DNA of 64,000 nt, from positions 44,944 through 108,943 of the IMG/VR virus record IMGVR_UViG_3300021254_000025; one strand, written 5' to 3'. Origin of the DNA: a virus. Lineage: Duplodnaviria > Caudoviricetes. Shown here in pieces: positions 1 to 12,000 of this stretch. The stretch's first letter is position 1. The number at the start of each line of letters is the position of its first letter. A program made the position numbers and the translations under genes. The notes beneath the pieces are model-generated. The model did not search any database, was not told the DNA's origin, and saw only the letters and a program-made list of their open reading frames with translations.

Positions 1-3000
1 ATCAAATATAAAGATGATAATGGAAAACTACTTCCTACAGAAGAAATTAAAAAGAATATTGCAGAAGAAATTGAACGTTCAGGTGGAAAAATTTTTGCAA
101 ACAAAACAATGAAAGATGCTCAAGGCGGAATCCACTGGATGTCCAGACAAGCATCGCAGATTCTTGGTAATTCTCCGGAATTTGTCGAAATGACAACACG
201 AGCATTTTTAGACGAGTATGCCCGTGTTGGAACAATGCAGGGAGCTCTTGATACCGTCTTTGCTGGTAACTCAGAAATGAGAGATTTAATATTAGCAACA
301 AACGGTGCTGTCATGGGAGATAAGCGCATTCAGGACGAAATACAAGGATTCCGTCTTGGAATGCTTACGAGAATTTCGCAAGGAGATACAATTTTACCTA
401 GATCCTTAGAAACTTCCAGGGCAATGGCTCAACCATATTTCTTTAATGCAATTATATCTGGATTAAAAAACATAAACGAAAGCGGCACAGGCATAATTAA
501 AGACGGAGAAACAAAATCATATTACGATACACTGTACTCTCAAATGTCTGAAGACCAAAGAAAAACACTTGGTTTGCTGACTATGGATGATGACGAAATT
601 GCTTTTCAGAAGCTCATGGCTTCAGTTGTAGGAATTAGTCGGTATCCTGCAACGACACGTTCTGCAAGAGAAGTTAAAAATATATCTGTCGGAAACTCTC
701 AACGTGAAAAAGCAATTCAAAAGTATCTTTCAGATTCTGGTTTTGATCCGGATGCTTTTTATATTTCACCTTCATCTCCAGTTATGCAGCTTCTGCAAGA
801 CGCTGATTTCGATGGAGACGTCATGGATTTGATTGGTCTTGCATATACAGGTAAAAATAAAAAAGGCGAAAAAGTTGCAGCGGCAGAGATTTTGAAAAAA
901 GCTTATGATTTAGGTATAAAGAAAATAGACGAAAGAGGCCTTTCTCAAGCTGAAGCAGATAAAATAAAAGAAGAATTTAAACATAACGTCTTTGGTGCAG
1001 ATGATATTGATTTAAATAAAGGTATAGATGTTATGAAAGTACTCGTTCCAGCAATGCAGAATGGGTATTTTATGGGTGGTCCTGACGCAACTATTCGTAA
1101 CGCAATGCAAGTTCCTTGGGATTCAACTGTTTTAAAAGCTATGTCTGCTGCAGAATCACAATACAGTGTTAATTCTATTAGAAATAAGACTGGTATAGAA
1201 ATGGATACAACTCCGGAACAATTAGAAGTGTTATCAAAATACAGAGCATTTACGGAGTTTTTCCATATTGTCGATAAAAACAGAGATAAATATGGAAACG
1301 TATCCATTCCAAATTTAATCGAAAGCGCTAAAGGCAGCGATGGTTTGCTTGGCGCTAAATTCTGGTCAACCAATCTTCCGTTTAATACAATGTCTAGCAA
1401 TGTACGTTCTATGATGCTTTCTCGGTATTTTGCTAAACAAAGAGGCGTAGATATTAATAAAAATTATGACTGGAATTATATTTTTGATTCTGCGTTAGGG
1501 AAAAAGGATGAATCAACTGCTTTAGGTCGTATGCAATCTGCGTTACGTGATACTTGGATGGGATATTTAAATGCAGATTATCTTGCCATAGACGAAGAAA
1601 CAATTGCTAAATTAGGAGAATTGCGCTCTGCTGCAATTGATGAACAAGCAGCGTTAGTGAAAAATGAAAGAGATAGACAAGGTAAAGCGTTTAACGAAAA
1701 AGGATCAAATAGAGCAATAGCCGAAAGAGTAGTTAATAGATTAGGCGGCAAGGTTATTCAAAACGCATTGTCTGGTATGGCAATGTCCGCATCGCATATG
1801 CACGACGAAGGCGTAAATGATTCGATTTTCACAACATTAGAAGCAATGAAGTTACCAAACGTTGTCGGAGGTTTAGACTTTACAAAGTTATTATCTGCAA
1901 AAACAACTCCTAAAGCGTTTGAAGAAATGAGTGAACCCACTCAGAATACTAAACTTGCTAGACTTTTGGAGTCATTTAATTTGTTGACTGTAGATGAGAA
2001 AAAAAGAATGATTGACAATATGCCAAGACTTTCTTTTAGCTCATTGTCGAAATTTGCATATAATCCAGCAAACTTTATGGAAGACTTAATTACTGGACGT
2101 GAAAATAATTCAACGCTTGCTAGTACAGAAATTGGGCAAGCTGCACATACAGCAATTGAGCACTTTATGCAACTGCGAATGAATGCTTCAGCACCATTGT
2201 CAGAAGATCAGCTGAAAGCAGCACAAAAAGAAGCTCTTGATGTTTTTGACGAGTATCTTGGTTTAAAAAAGCAAGGAAAAGGATTTAAACTTCCTGCAGG
2301 AAGCAGAGGATTAACAGATGCTGAACGCCAAACGTTAAAAACAAGTGGAACAAACTTAAACGACAGATATTACGCTCTTCGTCAATTTTTAGGTGGAGAA
2401 GGATTATTAAGCATTTATCCAGAAAGCGATTGGCAAGTCGTTGGCATAGAATCAAGCGACGTAGGAAAAGGTCCAAAAACTGCTGCTGGAAATATGATAA
2501 TAACAGGTAAAGGGAAAAAATTAACAACAGATGAAGACGTAGGTATGACTGGTTCATACGACTTAAGATTCAGAAGCAGAAAAGATGACCAACGCGAAGT
2601 GATGGCAGATATTAAGAATTATTGGAAACCATCAGACGACGATTGGAAAAAATGGAGAGTACAGCAGGCTATTTATGATAGTCAACTTCAAAAAAATGGA
2701 GTAAACATTGGTGAAGTTGGCATTATAGAACCATACCAGAATCGAATTCGAAAAATGATTTTTTCTGATGCTGATTTAAATTTAAGTGATGATAATGTAT
2801 CTAGGTCGATTAATAGAATTCAACAACTTGCAAAAGAAAATACATCTATCGGAGACGTGCTTGATGCAGCTAAATTTCTCCGTGAAAACATGTTTGGAGA
2901 TATTAGGGAAAGTGTTGCAGATCAAATTGTTAACAGAAAAGGAAGTTCTAAAAGCGGAAAATTTAATACAGGAAGTATAACAGATGCTTTATGGTTGCAC

Positions 3001-6000
3001 GACAGATATAATGAAGCAATTGAAGCAGATGAAGAAATTCAAAGTTTTGTTAACAAAAGAACAAGAGAAAGAGATAAAAGGACTCCAGACGATGTAATAT
3101 GGAGATCAAAGTATAATCAAGCAAACTTACTTCTTGAGCAATCCAAACAAGAGGAAATTGCTGGTAATACAGCTCAGGCAAAGGACTTACAAGCTCGATA
3201 TGATGCAGCAATGAGCAATTTGGATCTTGGCCTTTCACAAGCAGTTGTGCTGGACACTGAAAACTTTGGAGAAGATATATTTAGGTCCATTGCAGGAAAC
3301 AGCGGAACAAAAGCCGGTCGAGCTTTAGTTGAATCTTATGATAAAGTACAGGAAAGATTTAATAATATTCGAAGAGATAAAGATTATTTATCAGAAAGAA
3401 TAGACGAACGAAACCAAGACATAGAAGATGCATCTGGTCGCATAAACAGTTTAAAAAGTCAAGAACGAGAACTCAAAGAAGAAAAAGATATATTAGATCG
3501 TATTCAAGGATATACTGATGCTATTAATTCCTCGGGTTTGACTACAAAAGAAAAAGGAATTGCTAAAAGAGAAAGAACAAAACTTCTCAACAGACATCCA
3601 GAATTAGCTTCTAGCGATGAATTCTTTACTATTAGCAGTGCTATAAAAGAAGGAAACGATAAACTTGCTGCTGAAAGACTTGAAACTGCAAGAGAAAAAA
3701 CAACATCCAGATTGCAAGCTACGCAAGATCTTAGAAAAAAACAAGAAGAGGAAATGGATTTAAAAGTTTCAGAAGTTGAAGCAATGACAAAAAATTTGGA
3801 TGCAGCTACTCAACAAGAGAAACTAAACGAACCATTTGTTCAACAGTATATTAAACAATTACAAGGATCTGCAACAGAACTTCTCGGAAATACATTCAAT
3901 TCTTTAACAGCGATGGTTGATAAAGAAGCCGCAAAGCCAATGGACTTAGCAAAAAATAGGCTTTCTTTTATTGAACAGATTAACAATGCTAAAGTCGACG
4001 CTAAAGATTTGTTTGAACGAGGACTTATAAGCGGAACAGAATTGACATCTCGGCTTTCTCAGGCAGAACATTTGTTAAGCAACGAATCCTTAAATCAGTT
4101 TGATCAAAATCAAATCGATGCTGCAAAATTAAAACTCGGAATAACTCAAGCATCGAAAGATGAAATATATAACAAGGGTTTACAAGAGCGTATTAATGTA
4201 TTAAATGCGCAAAAAGAGTTAAATGCAAGAAAAGCCGCGCAACAATTTAAAGAAGATCGTCTGACAAATCCTCATGCTCGTTTATCAGATTACAAAAAAC
4301 AAGTTGAAGATGAGTATAACAGTGAAGTAGAAAAAGTAACAGAACAGTATAAAAAAGATTTTGAATCACAAAACGATCTTCGTCAATTACAACAAGGCTA
4401 TGCAGTAAATCAGATTACTCGACGTGGCAATATGATGCGTATGAATCGCTTTGGCACTTCTAGAAATATTGCTACTCGTGCTTACAGCATCTATAATAAC
4501 GCTCTTACTCAAGCTGAAAATAGGAACGTTGAAGCGCAATCTAAGCTTCGAGCTTACGAAAAAGAAACTGCTGGATTAAAAGAAGGCGACAATGGTTACG
4601 CTGAAGCTCAGACTAACCTCGCGAAACTTAGAGAAGAAGCGCAAAGAGCAAGTCAGGATCTTTCTCAGCTTCAAAGTCCGTTTGGCAAAGCCAGTGCAAC
4701 TGCAGCTGTGTTTGGTCAAACAATTGAAAGAGTTGCAGCTCGTCTTGGTCGTCAACTTTTTCAAAAAGCTCTCCAAGAAACCAAGCGTTTTATAAAAGAA
4801 TTTGATGCTTCTATGAACGAAATACAGGCCATTACGCTTAAGTCAGATAGTGATATGGCTTCTGTTCGTTCTAATACAATTAATAAAGCTATTGGACTTC
4901 GTACTTCTGTTTCCAATGTTGCTAACACTGAAGCTGCTTTATATCGTCAAGGATTAAGCGATCAAGAAGTTTCAAATCGAACAGAATCTATCATTAAATT
5001 TGCTACAGTTACAAAACTAAACGTTACTGAAGCTACAAAGATTATTACAACTGCTCTTCAGAATGACCTGGTGCCTTCTGCAGAACAGGCAATGGACGCA
5101 CTTGTCGCGCTTGGTGATAGCGCTGCAACTACCGCCGCCGAAATTGGTAAAGGTATGCAAAAGGCTGCTGCATCTGCTAAAGTTGCAGGTGTATCTTATG
5201 CAGAATTAACTGCATTGCTCACTGTTGGTACTTCCGATACTCAGTTGAGCGGCACTCAGGTTGGTACGGCTTTGCAGACTGTCTTTACTCGTATGAGAAG
5301 AATTAGTCTTTCGGGCTGGACGGCAGATCAAAACGGTGAAAAAACAACTGCTTCAGATGCTGAAGCAGCATTAAAGTCTGTTGGTATAGATTTGTTTTCA
5401 GATAAGAACGGACAAAAGATGCGCACGGCATACGAAGTTTTAAGTGATCTTGCTGGTGTATGGGAAAAGTTGAGTGATGTTCAGAAATCCGTTGTTACAA
5501 ACGCTTTAGCTGGAACTAGACAGACAAATATCTTCTCAACATTAATGGAAGGTATGTCCGAAGACGGCGGCAAAAGGATAAAAGAATATCTTGACCTTGC
5601 TTCAAATAGCGGTGGAATAACACAATCAAAATATGAAATTGCTATGCAAAGTCTCGCCGCTTCTTTAGATACGCTTAAAAGTTCGTGGGATGCGGTTGTT
5701 GAAAGTTTTGTCAATAGCGGTGTTGTTACAGGAGCTCTTGATATTGTTTCAGGATTCCTTCAATTTGCGGCCGGATCGGATGCCTTTGAACAAGCAGGTG
5801 GCGTTATTGTCGGCACGTTAACAGCAATAGGTGGAGCAATTCTTGCATTAAAGTTGAAAATGCCAATCCTTGCTGGATTATCTGCTATTGTAGGATTAGT
5901 TGCAGGTATTGGTACTACAGGCGTATTAAAAACAATTTTCGGCGGCGGCTCCGTCGAAACAGATGAAGAAAGATTCGCCCGTGAAAGCGCTGCTGATCTT

Positions 6001-9000
6001 GCTAATGTAAATAATTATTATTCGAAGAGTATGTCTTCTTTAAATAATAGAAGAGATATTATAAGTGAAGCTCAAAAGAAATATGATGAATATTTAAAAG
6101 CAACCGAATCTGGAAATACAATATCAGAAAAAGATGCAAGAGCAAAGTTAATTTCTGCTATGAATGATTTAGGGAATGCCTTCCCTACCATTGCACCAGA
6201 AGTTAAAAATGCAACAACGAATCTTTCTGAGTTTTCTAGCGCTTTGACTAAGGCATCTGACGCTGCCGATGCCGAAGCAGCAAGAATACACAAAGAAACA
6301 GATGAAATGACCAAACAACATCAAGAAGTTTATGGACAACAAGAATACAATAAAAAGTTTGATGAAACTGTTATTGGTGGATTTGATTATGGTCATTTAG
6401 ATCGAGAAGCAATAAAATATTTATCCGAAGCTGGTGCAGACACAACATATTATGATGAAAATGGCGATTTACAATCTCATGAAATAATTGATAACTTTAG
6501 TACATCACAAAATATTTTTAGTGAAAGTAATAATCCAACGCTTGATAAAGCCACTGGTTTTGTTAATCTTTTTAATAAGAGTGACGTTGCTAAAAAAATC
6601 ATTGGATCATATTACAAAAACGATGAAACAATGTTATCTTTGCTTGGTACAGATCCTAAGAAAGTTAAAGATTTACAAGCTTCAGATCAAAGAATCATTG
6701 CAGCTGCTTACGATAGTTTTTGGAAAAATCGTTTTAAATTAGATTTTAGCAATGAAGAAACATATGATGCTCAGAGACGTACCTTTAATAATGATTATAT
6801 CAAAGAGTTGATTGGACAGTGGAATTTAAGCGATTTGGCAACAGACACTGTTAGTGAAAGTACTATACAAAATATTTTTACTGATAAATTTTTCAAGATG
6901 ATAACTGATGAAAACGGAGATATAAAAGATAAGTATTTCATTGGTGACTTATTGAATGTTTCCGCAATTTCAGCTGAAATTGACAACCTGAAGAAAAAAG
7001 GTTCAAATTATCTTCTTGAAGGATATACTCCTGAAGAGATAGCTCAATACAGAACATCTGTTGATAACGCTGTTGATGCTTCATTAATTGATTTAAGAAA
7101 GAAAAGACCAATCAATCAACAAAGAGAAGATTTAATTGCTGCTGTGTCTACAGCAACAAATATGTCAGAACTTAAGAAATCCTACGAAGAAAATGACAGA
7201 GCTCAAGAGTTTGCTAATGTTCTTGCGAATTCTCCTGAACTGTTATCTGCTTATGTGATGGCAACAGGCGAAAATCCTTCAATCACTTGGGAACAGTTTC
7301 AAGATATTGCAAGTAAAGCAAAGATCGGATATTCACAACCTGTAGATATTGTAAAAACAGCAATGAGCGCAATGGAAGCTGATAATGCATGGGCCTCTGA
7401 ATTTAAGAATGATGATGTATTTGAAGTAGTATATAAAAATATGCAAAATATATTCGGTGATATGACCGATGAGATATTAAAAGCATATGAAAATGGCGAA
7501 GTTTCTGAAGAGATTGAGAAATACATCAATCAGTCAATCAGCAAAAATTCATTAAAACCAGATACTGGATTGACGCAATACACAAAGAAAGAAATCGCAG
7601 ATCTTGCCGATAAAGCAATGTCAAGTGATTATAAGTCTTTGGCTGAATATGCTCAAGCAAATAATTGGACTAAAAGTCAGTATGATGCTGTTAATAGTAT
7701 TTATGGCGCTGAAATTGATAGATATAAAAATATGACAGAAGCACAGCGGACTGATATCGAAGGACTCAATCTTAAGAGAGACTTTGATGTTAAGATTGCT
7801 GTTGCTGGAATCGACGATCTTGAAAGTGCTAATAAAGTTCTTCAAGGAACAACTCAGTTAATTGAGAACCTTAAAAAGGGCGGACAATTTGAGATTAAAG
7901 CTAAGCTTCAAATGGAGTCTGATAATTATAATTTTGAACAGCAAGTAGCTATGCTTCAAAATGGAACTTCGGAAGAACAAATGAATGCTTTAATGAGCCT
8001 GAATCCAGGATGGAGTAAAGCTCGTATAGAAGCAAATATGACAGAAGCTAGAGCTAATGCAGATAGAGCAATTCAAGATCAAAGAGAACAAACGGCTGGA
8101 CGGCTCACCCAACTTGCAAAAACGATGGGTGTTGATTACGCACAACAAGAAGCTGCAAAAATGGGATATAAAACAAAAACAAATCCTATTTTAGTTAAAG
8201 ATGCGTTAGAAGAAATAAACAAATATGCCATTTATCAACCGTATCAATACGATGAAACAACAGGAGCATTATATTGGACGAGTAAAGATACTGGACAACG
8301 TTATGCAGCAACACCTGAGTTTCAAAACTGGTTTGACAGAATGGCGTTTGGAGAATTTGAACCAATTGGCACTACACAAGATATTGACAGAGAAAACCTT
8401 GCCTATGGTTTACAGCGTTCGAAAACTCCATATGAGATTGAACAAGCTCAAAGAGTAATTCTCAGCGGTGATACTAACAGGATTGATGAGTTAAGAAAAG
8501 GCAATAACGAGCTTTACCAACAAGCGTTTAATGGATTAACTCAAAATCAAAAGGATTATCTTGCAATACAAGATGAATATAACTCTATCATGAACCATTA
8601 CGGTGGCAGTACAGATTATTTACCAGGAGATCAAGAAAAGATAAACAGATATAATGCTATGCAAACTGCTGCATATGCAGACTTTGGATATAAAACAAGA
8701 GACGAGATTTATAATGCAGCGTCCTTATATAATCCAATAACTAATCCACAATTCTACAACGATTATGCTGCTGTTGTTGGTTCTGATATTGCAGAAAGAA
8801 CAAAAGATCAAAACTATACATTAACGGCGCCCGAAGAAAGCTATGCAACACTTCGCATGCAAAGGTATGCTCAAGGATATGATGGAATAACTCAGATAGA
8901 TAAAATTCAAGGCGCTTATGATATGATTCAATCTATAGAAGATGGAACATATCAAGATAAATACGGTAAAGCCAGCGAAGATATGAAAAAAGACTTCACA

Positions 9001-12000
9001 AGTGCTGCGACAGGGCTTGATGAATTAATTGATGCTTATCTTTCTCTTGATAAAAATGCTGTTGATTATGCTGAAAAAGAAGCAATAATCAAAGATAGAT
9101 TAACAGATACAAAAGCTGCTTTAAAGACAGCTGCTGTTGAAGCAAAAGGATATGGCGAAGCAAATTCAAAAGCTGCGAAATCAATGGGTGAGCTGGCAAA
9201 AGGCGGCCTCGCCCAAAAGAAAGAAATTGCACAGTTAACAAAACAAGCAAAAGATTATCAAGATGCTATTACAGCAGCTCAGAAAAGCACTGGCAAAACC
9301 GGTAAACAGATAGCAAAAGATCAAGTTGCCGTAAAACAATTTGGTAAAATCGGTTTTGATAAGTCAGACATAGAACAATGGACAAAAGAAGAAGCAACTG
9401 AATATTCAAAGTTGCTTGAAGATTCTATTCAAGAAAACTTTGGAACAGAAATGCTCCAACCTTTAGTGCAACAAGCACTGGACGAAATTAATGCTCAACC
9501 ATTTGAAGTTCGTCCAAAAATTAATATGATTACCGATCCACAAACAGGAGATTTGGATTTCAGTCAGTTGGCGGCTGTTGTGGCACAATATAATGAATCG
9601 TTAGCAGCCGCTTTAGAAATTTTCAACGGAATATTGGCAGAAGCACATGTTCGCGTTATAGCACAAAGTGATAAAGAAGGAAACGGTGATGTTAAAGTCG
9701 TTGCAGATTCTAGCACCTTTAAAACTGCAAGAGTTAAAGGCGGCGGACGTGGCGGATCGTATAATAATAAAGGTGGCGGAGGCGGCGGAGGTGGCGGTAA
9801 ATCCGCAACCGATAAGCTTCTTGAAAAACAGAAGCAACGCATCTCCGAAATTGAGCATCAATCCAAAATGCTTGAGATCCAGGAAAAGTATCTTGATTTT
9901 ACTAACGATTATGATAATTATGGCAGCAATATCGATCAACAGATTGCCAACCAGGAAAGATTAAGAAGCGCATACGCTCAAAGCATCCAGGAGCTTAAGA
10001 ACCAGCTCGCCACACTGGAGAGAGGTTCTGACGACTGGAACAAAGCTAATGAGCAGTTAATGCAATACGAAGAAAATCTTGAAAATATCAAGAACACGAT
10101 AAATGATCTTGGCGCTAAACGTATTACCATTGTTGAGCAGAAACAAGAAAACGAAGATAAGCGTGGCAGCCATAACCTTAACATGCTTTCCAAGATGGCC
10201 GCAAGATATCAGAAGAGCGGTCAATTTGAAAGTTACGAAGGTATTATGGAGCAAACCATCGAAGAAACCCGTAAACAGATTCATCTGAACGATAAACAAA
10301 TTACAGAATGGGAAAACCTGCTCAAAACATTCACAGAGAACTCTGACAGCTGGATTCAAACAAGAGACAAGATCTGGGCAATGAGAGAAGAGAATGCTGA
10401 ACTTCAAAATCAGATGGCTTCTGATCTTATTGATTTACAGGAAGCTCGAATCTCACAGATCGCTGAAGATCTTCAGAATCAGAAAGCGCCTCTTGAGCAT
10501 AGAGCAAATATGCTTGATACTTATGGGCAGATGTATGAATCTGTAAACGATTTTACAAAGTATCGCGGAACTCTTGAAGGTACGATTGATACCAATCGCC
10601 AGATGAAAGAGATGACCGATGCGGCTATTGCTCAAGTTAAGAAGCAGATCGATGGAATGAAGGAAAGCGATCCGGCACGACAGAGTGCTATTCAGACTCT
10701 GTACGAACTGGAAGAAGCAAGCGCTCAATACGAAGCTTCTATTCTTTCTAATCAGCAAGCTATTGAAGAGTCTTTGATCTCTGAACTTACTCAGGCGCAT
10801 CAGGACAGCGGCTCTATTCTTGAGCATGAACTGAAACTGTTAAGCGAAGCTGAAAAAGAATTTGTTCGTAATGATGACTTCGTCAATTACGAGAACATTC
10901 TTGAAGAAAAAGCTCGCAATGCTTCAGATCGGCTGAAAGACCAGCAGAATGCTCTTGAAGATTATCTTGCTTTACAGAATAGCGGTAAGATTACAGAGGG
11001 TGGCCAGCAATGGCGAGAACTCGAAGATACTATTCGTTCCACAAAAGAGAATGTTGCTTCTCTTAAGAATGAATGGCAGGAAGCATTACAAGCTATTGAG
11101 AAGGCTAAATTTACTAATCTGAAAGAAACCTTTGCTGAAACTTACGATCTCTCTCAGCACCAGCAAAAGCTTGTGCAGTATGATCAGACAAAGTATCAAA
11201 ACAATGGTCAGCTTACTAATTACGGTACTGCCCTTGAATGGGAAGGGAAAATCCTTGAAGATCAAAGAGACAGTATTCAGAATCACATCAAAGATTTAGA
11301 AGAACAGCTGAAAGAATCCAAAGAATTCCCGGAACTGTACAAAGAGATTACAAAAGAGATTATGACCTGGGAAGAAAAGCTTTCAGATACTAACAATAGG
11401 ATTGAAAAGAATACTGAGCTTATCGAGAAGAATCAAGATGCTATCCGTAAAGCTCGTATCGCTGTCGAAAACGAAGCTGATAAGGCTATTCGCGCTTGGA
11501 TTCAGAAGCAAAGAAATATGCTTTCTGCAACAGTAACAATGCAGAATAACATCTTTGCTGTTATTTCCAAGAACTATCAACAGCAATGGGCGCTGGAACA
11601 GAAGACTCTTGATAAGAAAAAGCAAACACTGAATGAAGAGAAAAATCTGATTAACGAAAGAGTCAACTTCCGTAAAAAGATGATGGATCAGGAAGCTAAG
11701 GATGAAGAGCTGGCTGAATACAGAAGGCAATTAGCTTTAATCAGCCAAGATACAACCAGAACAAGAGAAGCAAACGAACTCCGTCGTAAGATCCAGGAGA
11801 TGGAAAAGGAACAGGCAATGCAGAACGCCCAGGATGTTGCCAATGCAGAAATCCAATCCTTGAACGATCAGTCCAAGGCTATTGACGATTATGCGGCAAC
11901 ATATCAGGAGAATCTGACTGAACTGCTTTCCAATATCAATAACTTCAAAGATATTATCGATGGGTTATTAAGCGGATCGTTTGAAGACTTTGTAAATTGG

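Noticed and set aside
2020-2760. Cas4 / CRISPR-associated nuclease
   Set aside because: It lacks the four Fe-S cysteines (NP where CP is expected), sits inside the tape-measure ORF, and no cas genes or array are in the window.
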